NCBI GenBank assembly: GCA_047495785.1
Contig: JBLDXI010000048.1
Coordinates: 744,001-808,000, forward strand
Length of the DNA stretch: 64,000 nt
Reading direction: 5' to 3'
Origin: Lepidodermella squamata
Lineage: Eukaryota > Animalia > Gastrotricha
Shown here piece by piece: positions 10,028-22,147 of this stretch. The position numbers and the translations under genes are program-made. Position 1 is the stretch's first letter, and every line of letters starts with the position of its first letter. The notes under the pieces are model-generated. The model worked only from the letters and a program-made list of their open reading frames with translations. It was not told the origin of the DNA and ran no database searches.

Positions 10028-12851
10028 ATGCGTATTTTCCTATTTATTATCGCATGTTTATTGCTATGCTCATCCTCGGGCGCCTTCCCCCAATATATCA
10101 AGTATCCAGTGCTAAAGAATGCGAATCCGGCAATCCAACCGATAAATTTGACATTCTATGAGAGCTCTTACGATGGCTTTACGCCAGGTCAACCCCCGGC
10201 GACTCCTTGGCCTCTGCCTATTCCTTATACAATTAACAATGGGACGTGGTATAAAGACACGATAGGCGACTGCGATCTCAGTAAGTTCCGCATATTATGT
10301 TTATTATTAGAAATCCGATCAACTGTAAGTGTGCTTTTTGTCACAGCCGCCGCTGAGCGTGGAAACGTAAAAGAGGCCATAGCCGAGATCGAGGCGGTCA
10401 CTTGCTTGCGATTCGAAGAAAAATCGTCAATCGACATCAACCAAACTAACTCGATAGCTTTTATTCGACAGATGTGAGCTATACTCTTCTCTTTCAAAGC
10501 ATGGCCAGTCATCTCGGCATTATAACATTGTTTTTAGAAGCGACGAAGGCTATCACAGCACAAATTATCCGCTAAAGTTCATTGGCTTTGCAATTACGTC
10601 TAGCGGCGACAAATATTCAGCGATCGGGGTTAGTTTGCTCAATCACATTGATGATGCGAGACGTAATGTGTTCTATTCAGGCGCGATTTCTGATTCGAAA
10701 AATCGGCTTCGTTCTCGGACTGACGCACGAGGTCAGACGACCTGACCGCGATCAATACATAATACCTCTTCCAGGTCAAGAAGACCGGTGTGTTTTTACA
10801 TATACCTTATAAGAGACATTATTGTAACGCCGTAATTTATTGTTTTCAGCCTACCAATCAATCATGCGCAGACTTATTACAACTTCACTCCATTCGATTA
10901 CGAGTCGATTTTCAATCCGGTTTTCGCCGGGAGTTATTCTGATGGAAAGGTTCCTGAATGGCATTCGCCCGATGCCCGTTATCACCCGACAATCGGCATG
11001 CCTGCCTACCTTTCACTGTATGATTCCTACAAGCTGAACAAACTCTACAAATGCTTTGGCAAGTGATATTTTTGACAACAATTCAGGAAACTAATTTCGT
11101 CTTTCAATCGATCATCTTTCGTAGATAAGTGTGGCAGCACAACAATTTCGTGCAAAAATGGTGGCTATCCAAATCCGAGTGTGAACTGCACGAAATGCGT
11201 GTGCCCGGCTGGTCTTGGTCTTGATTTGTGCGATGCTCCGTTCCCGACGAACCCGAATACGAGCTGCGGCGGTGAAATTTATGTCAAGCCATGTACTAGC
11301 GTTGATATTTCCGCCGATGCTAAAACAACGCCTAAAAAGTGTTCTTGGCTCGTCAAAACGGTTCGTTTCCTATAGTTAACTGGAGATTATTTCCAATTAT
11401 TGTTTCGGGCTTTCAGGAAAATTCGAGTGGCCTCGTTTTCGGGTTCCCCGACTGGCCTGGTTTTGAATATATGCGTAAGTAATTAGGCATTAATGTCGTT
11501 ATATCACCGCTGAATATTTTTCGTTAAAGAGCTCATGCTTTGTGTAAACTTCTTCCTCATACGAGACCTGGGAGCCGAGGGATATCCCGGGTTCAGGTAA
11601 TACATCAATATATTATTGAATCCGAGTTATTTTCCGTGAGTAATAGGTACTGCTATGCCAGCGCGAATCAGGGTCGTGTTTACGTGACGAACAAAAACCA
11701 GGCGTTGGTGTATGCCCACCTGCCGTATCGAGGGAGATGGGAGACCGGAACAGTCACGGTTTTCGCGACTTGCCCTGGCGTGAAAGCGACTGAGCTGAGC
11801 AAGGAATGCCGAATCACACCAGGTGCATTCGACTACGAAGGAACACTGTTGAGCAAAACTGCGACTGGTGTCAGTTGCGAACGCTGGGACACTATTTCGA
11901 AGCAAGAATTTAATACTGTTCCGAGAGGTAACTTCACTGCAGCTGGAAATGGATGCCGACGTCAGAGAGGGAAGCCGCTGAGCTGCCTAAGTAACGGCAA
12001 TTATGTCAACTGCGAGAACGATGACAGAATCAAAAGCTGCTGTGAGTTTTTAGTTCGGGATTTCTGATAGTCTTTTACGATTTAAATTTGGCCTGTTAGT
12101 AATAGTTTAGTGACTTATAACTCAATCAGTGAATTAAACATAAATGTTGAAATTTTATTGAAAATTCAATCAGATTAACATAATTTATTGATGATACCTG
12201 TTTCAGCTCAACTTACTTTCCGTTGCATTAACTCTGTAACTGGCCAATTCGAAGGCTGCAGGCCGAACTGCTTGGAGGGCGAGACTCCTTTCAAGGAATG
12301 GACCACCCGTTTCACAGACACCTGCATCAAAGGCGTGAGTTGATTCAACATCGCTTTGCCAAACCTTGCAATTTTGGCCACAGAATGTCCGCAAATGCGT
12401 CAAAGGTTCGACTTTCCGCTGCATTTCGGGGGACCAAGGCTGCCAGCCCGGCGAGACCAAAATTGTAAGCTGCCATTTGCTCTTAGTATTTTCAATCATT
12501 CATAACATTTTACTTAGTCGCCGCTTTTCAACACATTTGCGGTCTTCGGTCGCAATCTGCTGGCCTGCAACCACAGAGCTGATCTCAACTGGGTTAGATC
12601 AATTTTCAGTAATTTCTCATTATTTTGTAATTTGTTGCGTCCTGGCAGAAATACATTCGCTGTTACCGCAACAAACCGGGCAAGCCGTTTGCCGACTGCC
12701 GGCGTGCAGATTTCGGGTGCAAATCGAATGAGGTTTTTTGTCTTTCTAGCTCCGACATACCGCAACATATTTGCCTCTTTTCTGTGTTTTCTAGGTCTCG
12801 GATCAAACTCCGCCCTACTCAGATCCCTACCAATGCTACAAAGGTGTTTGA
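10028..12851 (+). CDS. Secreted inactive astacin-EGF-CUB-kringle-like protein with Cys-rich tail, copy 2 (multi-exon)
   Basis: Exon-for-exon paralog of 4339-7309; RKIGFVLGLTHEVRRPDRD; FDYESIF; one GC-AG intron (11059-11124); ends PYQCYKGV*. Confidence 0.85.
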
Positions 12852-13340
12852 TTGCTATTCCGACTGATGACCGATGAAAAGCTATCTTCAACTAGATTAT
12901 GCAAGCTCTGAAAAACCTCTTAGTCTATTAAATTGACATGTTGCCAGTGTGATTTATTCCAACTGCATGATCAAACATATTTATTTTCCTTATGTTGAAG
13001 AAAGCAAAGTAGCTAGGCTTGATATATCTGAATGAAAATTATTTCTTAATAATTTGAGTCGATATTCTTGATTTAACGCGCATTCATTTGATTGTTCTGT
13101 TGATGAATTAAATTTCTTTGGAAGTGAACGAAATTAGTATTAACGATTTTTCGCTTTTGAATCATCAATATTAAAAACAATTCAACTGAGGATGGATGAC
13201 CTTCACTTTGCGAATTTATTACATTAATAATCAAACTATTTTCACCTGGTTATAGCCTTCCATGCAGCGTAACAAAATACGGTCACCCAGCGAATCTACA
13301 CAGAAACATAGTTATTATGAATCGCAGAAATTGGGAAGCT

Positions 13341-13538
13341 GGGGAATGTCGTAGAGTGGTTAGGGGTCTCCGGTTCAGCCCGCCAGTATGGAGTGCCATT
13401 TATAGAGAAAAACAGTGTCCACCTCTAGGCGAATCGACAAAACGGTTGCTACCCGCTATCAGTCGATTCTAAGCCATATCACAGCGTGGCGATTAATAAT
13501 CTTGGCTACTAATACCATGGCGTAGTGGGGATAAAAAA
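13341..13538 (+). mobile_element. Possible degenerate SINE
   Basis: tRNA-like 5' end (GTCGTAGAGTGGTTAG) and 3' ..GTGGGGATAAAAAAA tail. B-box poor; single copy in the window. Confidence 0.25.
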
Positions 13539-13836
13539 ATGTTCATTTCTGGCCAGTAATAAACAATTTTTTACTCTAATACGATGCTTCATTCATTTTC
13601 TACGAATAAGTCAAGCGTGACTTTTTTCAGCTTTATTTCACAAAATGACTATTTAGCAATAGCAGAAGCAGAAAATGACGACCATGCACAGGCAAAACCT
13701 TACATTATGAATGCCTAGTTGCCTCTGTAGCTCAAGTGAAAAATTGATATTATTCAACATTTCTATTTATCAATGAGCTTTTGAGTTTTATTGTTGAACA
13801 TCAGTATTATCAGAAATATCAGATATTTTTCAGGAA

Positions 13837-14919
13837 ATGTCTCTTAATAAAAAGTTGAACTCTGGTTATGAGTGTCCTATGCTCGGCCTTGGCACAGCCG
13901 AGGCGGGCAAGGACTCTGAGAAACTGAAATCAGCCCTGAAAGCCGCTATTAAAGCCGGTTATCGCCTTATCGACACGGCTGAGCTGTATCAAACTGAGGC
14001 CATTATTGGTGAAGCCCTCGAGGAACTCTATGCTGAAGGCGTTGTTAAACGTGAGGACATTTTCCTTACTTCGAAGCTATGGATGACAAGCCTGAACCCG
14101 AATACATTAATCGCTCATGTAAGTAAAACTTGCTTTAGTCTTGAGAGTATTTCAAATTGAAATTGGCGCTAATTGCGAAGAGTCTCGGATGAATAGTCTG
14201 ACCGCAGCGTATTCATCGCTTTGATTACTCTTTTCTCAATTATTCAGGTAAAAGGTCAGCTGGAAAGACTGAAAACGAGCTACTTGGACCTGGAACTGAT
14301 CCATTGGCCAATGCCATTCAAATCCATCGATCCCACGTTCCAAAGCGCCGAGTTCGATGAAAGTTTCACTTTGGAAGATACCTGGGCCAAGTTGGAAGAA
14401 CTCGTTGGTCTCGGTCTGATACGCTCGATTGGTGTGTCGAACTTCAACATCCCGCAACTTGAGAAATTGCTGAAATCCGCTAAAATCAAACCGGCTATGA
14501 ATCAGTGTGAAATGCACGTGTTTTTCCAGCAGCAAAAGCTCCAGAAATTCTGCCATGATCACGGCATTGATTTCACTGCCTATTCCCCGTTTGGCAACCC
14601 TGGCTTCGACATGTTCCCCATCAAGCGCGTCCACATTTTAGAAAATCCGATTCTGGCCGAAATTGGGTCGAAATACGGCAAAAAACCAGGCCAAGTTGCG
14701 TTAAGGTGGCTGGTTCAATTGGGTGTTTTCACGGTTCCTAAGAGCGTCACCCCTGCTAGGATTGAAGAGAATTTCAACATTTGGGACTTTGAGCTGACAG
14801 GCGACGACATGGCCAAGATCCGGTCGATGGATGAAGATGAGCGAATTCTGCATTTTGATTTCCTTCCAGCTTTGAAAGTTCATCCAAATTATCCATTTTT
14901 GGAGAAAGGAAGCTGTTGA
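13837..14919 (+). CDS. Aldo-keto reductase, 2 exons (13837-14118, 14248-14919)
   Basis: Close paralog of 2237-3255; tetrad intact; ends KGSC*. Confidence 0.95.
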
Positions 14920-15358
14920 TCCCAGATACAATTCGACTCGATCAATATGAATGAACATGATAATAACATTATATAAAATGATGTTCCACCTGCCACCTAT
15001 GAATAAAATTCACTAATCAGAATTCTGAAGCTTCTTCCATGTAAAATGCCTGAATTTATTATAATAAAAATAATCTGCCCGAAGCATGCTAAATTCACTC
15101 AGCGCTTAACTTATAGAGTCTCAAATTTTGGAATTAAAAAAACGTCTTGGGGCGGTGTTGCTTTTTTCGAGATGACGAAAATGCCGAGCTGAACGAACTC
15201 TTAGGAGAAATCGAGTTATCTTGTTCAGATTGCATGAATACTTATCGTTTATTTATGGAGATTTCGATTCAAGTTATAGAAGATTATTGAGGAAAATAAA
15301 TTATTCGATCTTGTCTTTATTGCTGTGGGCTGTGGAGCCCTGGACGCAATGCGAAGAT

Positions 15359-16860
15359 TCACAGTTCCTTCGCTCGAGGTATGACCAGGAACATGAATAC
15401 CGGAGTTAGAATAATTGCCATCAGGTAAATCGCAGCACTAACTCGATCGGCGAATCTAGCCAGAACGCGCCACTGCTTCTTGTTTCTTTTCTTGATTGCG
15501 TCTTTCGAAGTCAATGTCACCTCCAAGTATTCAGCAGCTTTAGGAAAGGAGTGAAGCTTACTTGCGATGATAATCAGGCATTTTGGTGGCGGACTCTTTT
15601 TTGTAGCCATAACAACAACTAAGGCCTGGCTTACTAGGGCTATGAGGCCGATGTAGGACATCTTGAACGGAATTAAGTTATAATGTTGTTAAACAGGCAG
15701 TAACAAACCATTAACATGATGTAAAGTGATAACAATGGAATTCCATCGCTGGACCTGTTGGGAAATGGGTAAAAAGGCCAAAAGTTATAGCCAAATTCTT
15801 ACTTTGGCAACTCTGCAGAAGTCATGTTCTGCAGAAAGTTAAAAAATCAATGTAGAGAACAAAAGGAAGGTCATTTTCTTACCAAGAAGACAGAATAAGC
15901 CAGTAAGCATGTAAATGATATTTCAATCTTGGGAATCTCAGTAATCTACAAAAACATCGTTCGAATTTATGAAAGTCGGGTATAATCGATCTTACTGGTA
16001 TTAGGAATACCGCCAATTCAACGATTGCAATTAGCAAGCTTGGAATAATGATATTGACGTAGTAGTAAAGAGGCCGCCTCTTTAGTAGTAATCTGTACTG
16101 TATTATTTGAAAATTATTGCTTCCAGATAAGGTCAAGTTGGCCTTTGCGCCTAAGAAGGCCCATTCGCCGTTCTCAGACCACGTTGCTAAGTGTCGCACG
16201 AATGGCTGATCTGCTAAACCCAAATCTTGCTCTGTTATGGGCAAGTACCAGGGCATAAGATTTATCGAACAAATTTGGTAGTCGAACGGATAATATGAAA
16301 GATCCAAGGGGCAAACTATTGATAACTCGCCCTGAGGGCAGTACATCGTCTCTCCGCTATTGTTAACAACAATTCTTTGATCCTTCTCCAATTCTAAATA
16401 ATTTCTGAAAATTAAAGGCTAATAATTTGTTTGATGCTATGCAAAGAATTTTACGCTGTTTGAATGTACAAATCTGGTCTCCAAATGGCTTCATTCGGAA
16501 ATAAAACACCTTGGACACATTTATGCTTTTCTGAATGGTTCCACGATAACAGCTCATCTCGCCAATTCTATTGTAGAAAATAAAAACAGTTTCGTATCAG
16601 CTACGAACAGCAGTTCAGAAAACTACTAAGGTGAAGTAGACGTCTAGGATTAATGTGTTCATTTGGGCGATGAACTGCTTTATACCGAGGAGGCCCAGCG
16701 AGACAGTTACTTTGACGGCATCTGATGACTTGTGACGTGGCCTCGAATTCGGAGAGTAATTTTCAATAATCATTCGCGTAACTTCGGATTCCGAAACATT
16801 GCAAGTTTTCGCCGCGGCCGATGATAAGAAAATGATCAGAAATGAACTGAAATTAACCAT
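15359..16860 (-). CDS. Divergent Cys-loop ligand-gated ion channel subunit 1 (7 exons)
   Basis: Signal peptide; Y....RP; WRPD; Cys-loop CPLDLSYYPFDYQIC; ENGEW; LKRRPLYY-M1; M2 EIPKIEISFTCLLAYSVFL; M3; short loop; M4 QWRVLARFADR. Confidence 0.92.
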
Positions 16861-17563
16861 CGCGTGATTTTTGACTATAAAACAGTGGCAATGAATAAAA
16901 ATGAGGATCATGAAATGGATCAATCTGCTCCTCAGGAACAAACAAGTTCAAAATACAAAAAAATCGGGAGATGCAATGGTTTTTATATTCAAAAAAGAGA
17001 AACGGGAAGTCAATATGGCCACGCAATATATGTAATTAATGGACGTCGATTAAAGAAATCGATAGCTGACAATAACTGATCGGCTATTGGAAAAACGTTC
17101 ACAGCTTCTGCTCTTCTCCATCAGCGTGATGCAGGTTCAAGCAAGGCAATTCAAACATTTGTTAAATTTTTTGAAATTGAAAACTGTATTTCTCCTCCGC
17201 GCGACTGGTTGTCCGTTGTATGTACCCTTTCGGGTATTGAGGAAGGCCAAGGGTTACCCAAAAATATAGTCTGGAGGCTCGCTACGCCGAAAGCAAGGTT
17301 TATTTCATCTACAAATAAAGCAGCAGCCTCACACCAAATATGTCGAAAGATTAATGTCTCTTCCTTTCAACTAGCAACCAGCGCAGCAGAAATAGACAGA
17401 GACGATGTTGAAGGGTTCAAGCTACATGCAAAAGTGCCTGTACATGCTATTTCGACACGAGCCAACAAAAATCGTTCGTTTTGAGTTTGTAACAAAAGTT
17501 CGCTATAACATCGGTTCTTTATCCCTTAGTTGCACTGAATATAAGGTTGATAACGTTAGAACC

Positions 17564-18442
17564 TCAAGGCGCGACTTTCATCAAATTGAGTTCGCAGATG
17601 AACCATCTCTTGTTCAATGGGCTGTGCGCATGCCATGTCCCATGTCGAGGAGCCGCTCCCTACCAACCACGAAACAACGCCTCTTGTGTTGGCAACTGTT
17701 TGCCCCGCGTTGACGTCCCAATTTGAATAGTTCAAGGCCTGGCCTGGTTTCGATTCCCAGTACCACGTACCAGAAGCTCTCGTCAAACCCATCCACGACG
17801 ACCACTGCTGACCTTGCCGTCTACCTGTGGGAGAAAAGCCCAGTTGCTAAGTGCGACAATCATGAAAAACTTTGATCTCCAGCAACTGCCAGCCATTCAT
17901 TCGGCAAATGTACATTGCATCGTCGTAGGTTGCCGCGAATGTGTAGTATTTGTAGCAGCTAGTACCGAACGATAGCTCACACCACTCTTTCATCGACATC
18001 TGGCAAACCGTATTGGCATTTGACCATTTGCTGCTTGGAACCCAGTTAAAATCTCCAGGGTTACTAAGAGCGTTCGGTGAAAGAACGGCAAAGGGTATAG
18101 CAGGATCATTCCTGTTTTGAGCTTCACTGATTTCCCAGTCAGATTCAGCTGGAAAATGTCTGAGTTAAGAGTTGGGGGAAACTTTCAATCAACTTACGAC
18201 ACATTGGGATTGAAGGGCACAAAGATGATTGATTAGTGACGGAGTCGACGCACCAAGGTTCGGGAAAAACAGTCGGCAGTAATTGTGATTAGTTGAGTAG
18301 TCAACGAATAGCTTTGCATCCGTGTAAGAAGTGGTTGACCAAACCTTGCAGTTGTTGCCAGCCATCGTTGTTGCTTGAAAGCCATGGTACTCGCGACCAT
18401 GCGGGGTGAATCTGCAGTTCAACGGCCAGCTGCTTGATATGG
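17564..18442 (-). pseudogene. Kringle + C-type lectin gene, doubly frameshifted
   Basis: Kringle CR..GREYHG..TMAGNNCKVW..NHNYCR shifts frame to EPWC..CPSIPMC. CTL FGTSCYKY..TYDDAMYIC..WMGL..WYW..YSNW..W shifts frame to WFICE. Upstream exon candidates contain stops. Confidence 0.8.
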
Positions 18443-18952
18443 CTAAATCATGAGAGATGTTGACGACTATACGGCGGAAATTCGCTAATCAAAATCTCAC
18501 GCATTTCACACGTTGCCGCTCCAGATGCTGCTGTAAGTGATTAGTCCGACAGGTATACAAGCCAAAGCTGTTAGAGTCTAGCCAGCTAGGTGATGAATTG
18601 CCCTTTCGTGGAGTTGTTTCCCGGTGATCTGAATCAGGAATAAAATGTAAGCAGTCCTTCGATTAAATAAGCAAGGCTCACGTGCAGAAGGGCATATAGT
18701 ACAACAAGGTCTGCAGTGACGTAGAAAAAAATTACGTAGAATTAGCCCTCCTCATCGTTGTCAATCGACAACGTGGCGTGGCGATTGAAACATCAATTAG
18801 TTGATGGAAATAATTTATCACTAATTATTAATTAAGGCGAGTCGTAATCGCGCCACCTCCAGGCTTGCTGGACGAATTTTAGGCTCTTTCGTGTAAGGAA
18901 GAATTTTGCGGCAAAAATGATTAAGTTGCAGACAATCACTTTCCCGCGGAAA

Positions 18953-19018
18953 ATCAACTTCAATCGACTTCAATCAACCATTACTTCAATCAATCATACA
19001 TTCAATCAACCGATCAAA
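18953..19018. repeat. Low-complexity TCAATC-type repeat tract
   Basis: About 7 imperfect (T)TCAATC(A/G)AC units. Confidence 0.6.
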
Positions 19019-19528
19019 ATGAGCGGTGTGTTGGAATGAATCTGGGGGAGATGAATAAACACCTTGATTTAAGATTTCATCGAAAAGGGCAGCTGTTAAA
19101 GCCCTGTTGGGGCTAAATGCAAATATGGACACTCGCACAAAAAGAGAAACTCAGATCGCATTCTTGCTTGTAGCTTTAAGTGATATACACCGTTTATCTA
19201 CTACATTTTGATTTTTATGGTAGAAGTGAGCCTTTTTTCATTCAGTTGTCGATGGAGAGCACTTACTTGTGTAAGCGTTAATTTTACTTAAACTGAATTT
19301 TAATTAGATAAATCTGATCTGACAAATCTTATAATTTTAATCGAAAAACAAGGACTTGAAAACTAGATTAACAGTTTTAGTGTTTGCAAATAAATCGACA
19401 AACGTGCAACTTTATTTAGATTTGTAAACGCAAAAAACACAATTATCACAACATCTACTTATAGGATCTTACAAGTCCATCATCATTGTCTTTAATTGGT
19501 CTGTTATCTGTTTGCCACTGGTCAGCGC

Positions 19529-20470
19529 TTAGCAACTGCCTTTGTCAGAGAACGGGAAATCTGGATGGCCCATGAATGGCTGGAAACTGAAACAACGTTC
19601 ATTTTCATCCAGAGCCGCAATCTTCGCCATGTCATCGGCGCTCAGTTCAAAATCCCAAACGCTGAAATTGTCCTCAACGCGTTGCGGTGTCACACTTTTC
19701 GGGATCACAATAACGCCAAGCTGAAGGAACCAGCGGAGAACGACATGGCTTGCCTTTTTGCCGTATTTCGACCCAATTTCACTTAAAACCGAGTTGTTCA
19801 ACACATCAACAGCTCTTCGTGATGTACTCGAGGCACCTGGATTGCCAAACGGAGAGTATGCCGTAAAAGCAACGCACAGCCTCTTCATAGCCTCCCTCAG
19901 CTTGCCTTGCTGAAAAAACGGATGCATTTCACATTGGTTCATAGCCGGCTTGATTTTCGCATTTTTGACCAGCCGTTCAACCTGGGCAATGTTGAAGTTC
20001 GAGACGCCAATCGAGCGTATCAGACCGAGACCGACAGCTTCCTCCAATTTGGCCCAGGTTGCTTCGAAGGTGAAGTCAGTTTCGAGTTCTACGTTCCACT
20101 TAGCGTCCATGCTTCGAGCTGGTACTGGGAAGTGAAGCAAGTACAGGTCGATGTAATCAGTTTTCAACAGTTCCAACTGCTTCTTGATTTGCGCAATAAC
20201 ACCATCTGGCTTGAAGCTGGTTATCCATAACTTCGTGGTGATGAACATATCGCTTCGTTTGACAACTCCTTCCTTGTACAGCTTGTCCAGAGTTTCACCG
20301 ATAACGCCTTCGTTGTAGTAAAGCTGGGCTGTATCAACGTGCCGGTAGCCTTTTTTCACAGCGGCTTCCAGAGCGACTTTGAGTTCGGCTGGGTTCGATG
20401 CCATAAAAGTGCCGTAACCCAGCGTTGGGCATTCATAGCCAGAATTCAACTTGATGCTCTTAATTGCCAT
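19529..20470 (-). CDS. Aldo-keto reductase, intronless CDS, 313 aa
   Basis: Full AKR motifs, tetrad intact, ends KGSC*. Confidence 0.96.
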   Translation of the reverse strand: MAIKSIKLNSGYECPTLGYGTFMASNPAELKVALEAAVKKGYRHVDTAQLYYNEGVIGETLDKLYKEGVVKRSDMFITTKLWITSFKPDGVIAQIKKQLELLKTDYIDLYLLHFPVPARSMDAKWNVELETDFTFEATWAKLEEAVGLGLIRSIGVSNFNIAQVERLVKNAKIKPAMNQCEMHPFFQQGKLREAMKRLCVAFTAYSPFGNPGASSTSRRAVDVLNNSVLSEIGSKYGKKASHVVLRWFLQLGVIVIPKSVTPQRVEDNFSVWDFELSADDMAKIAALDENERCFSFQPFMGHPDFPFSDKGSC

Positions 20471-20979
20471 GATATGAAAACTTTAAACTGATTTTTTAGA
20501 ATATTTACCCAGAATATTAGCGGAATAACACAGTTAGAGCTAAAATGAAGCTTGCACCTGATGCGGCGAGCTTTTATACGCATGTCGCCAGTGAGGGGAC
20601 AAAAAATGCGCCCTTTTCCTTGGAAAAACACGCAAGCATATTTATACTAGAGCAAAAAATGCGTGTGATACACACAGTATTATATTATTCGTCTATGACC
20701 GTGCTAGTTTCGATCGAATTACGTGTCCTTGCGATGGGTCAAATTTTCGAATTCTCGAATAATTTCATGGCAGTGTCATTTCGACCTCTACTCATTCTCG
20801 AAAGATTTAGGTCGACATTGGCCGATCAGAATTTCAATATTTATTTTAGACAGCTGTGAGCAAAATAAGCACAAGTCGGAATGCGAGAATCAGTTGACAT
20901 GAAATTGCTCTTCAATGGCTATTAATTGCTGCTTTTCTTCCTCCATTCGACGCCCCGTTGTAATGAAGTAGATGCCTCA

Positions 20980-21110
20980 TCCGGCAAGAGCACTTTTGGC
21001 TCATTCGAACAACCCCGAACAATTCTATTTGACCCCATGTTGACCCTCTGTTTGATCACTTCATGATTTGTTTAGAGTTGTTCGAATGAGCCAAAAGTGC
21101 GCGAACCGGA
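20980..21110. repeat. Short inverted-repeat element (24-bp perfect arms)
   Basis: GCACTTTTGGCTCATTCGAACAAC ... GTTGTTCGAATGAGCCAAAAGTGC, with outer TCCGG/CCGGA. Confidence 0.8.
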
Positions 21111-22147
21111 CTGGGTGATAGCAGGAAGGGGACGTGATAAATGCTGAGAAAATACGGTAACTGAATTACAGCGGTAAGTTAGTAGCGAAGTTCGACGGTT
21201 TCCCAAGTATGCATACAGCGTGTCCCATACGTGACGCAATCAAAGCAAGTACACGGCAAAATGAGAGACGTGTCAATCTAATGGCCAGAAAACTTTAGAA
21301 AAATTAAAAAAATCACGAGAATAGAAATAGAAGTTCTTATGCAACTTGATAAAGGGCTTAAAAATTCCGAAGAAATTATGCCTAACAATACCGAAAATTA
21401 CCAAACTAACTACAATCGGGTTTTTCCTGGTTTTCTGCTGTAACTTGATTATTTCTTCAATTGAAGTGCGGGTAAAAGATTGCGGGAATGTTCCATAGTT
21501 AATTTTAATTTAAAAATTGGAAAGATGAATTTTACTACAAAATTTGCTTAATCAAACACTTGTTTGTTCAACTTCTGCGACATGATGTATTTAAAAATAA
21601 TTTATTGCTAAGCGATGCAGATTTTAATGAGAGAAGTGACCCCTCCCAGAGGTAAATCGAATGATAGAAAGGCGAAGCGTTTCAGTTTTAGGCAAATAAT
21701 CTAATACTAACTACAAGAGCCCATCAGTGGAATACCTTTAAAGCCTTTAAAGCGAGAAGCGCCCTACATTTTTATTAATTCAAACCATTGCATAATAATC
21801 TTGCAACTTTTGAAGCCATTTTCGCTACGTTTTGCCATCCAAGTTGAGCTGGAGTTTTTCTTTTGCTTTCTCGATTCAATGCCAATAATCACTCTCGCCG
21901 AGAAAGCTGAGTCAATTCAGTTAAAAACTATAACTCACCCCTTGGCTGAAAGCATTATATTAGATTAATATAGCGCCAGGCTTCGTGTTTACTGCATAAC
22001 GGCAATGCCATTTGGCAGATGGCTTCGCCTTTCTTTAGCACCTGTTTCAACAACTGCTTAGCGAAATTGACGCGGTAAAGCAGCGGGATCAGTATGAGAA
22101 TTTTCTTTCCTGAAATCTAGTTTAATTAATTACAAATTTTTTTCTCA

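Noticed and set aside
18262-18272. Programmed -1 frameshift at T_TTC_CCG in the kringle exon
   Set aside because: Poor slippery site, and a second independent frameshift plus other lesions point to decay or sequence error.
21214-21235. Mariner-like end TA-CAGCGTGTCCCA (also TA-CCGTAATCCGG at ~57959)
   Set aside because: No matching opposite TIR found, so the boundaries cannot be supported.
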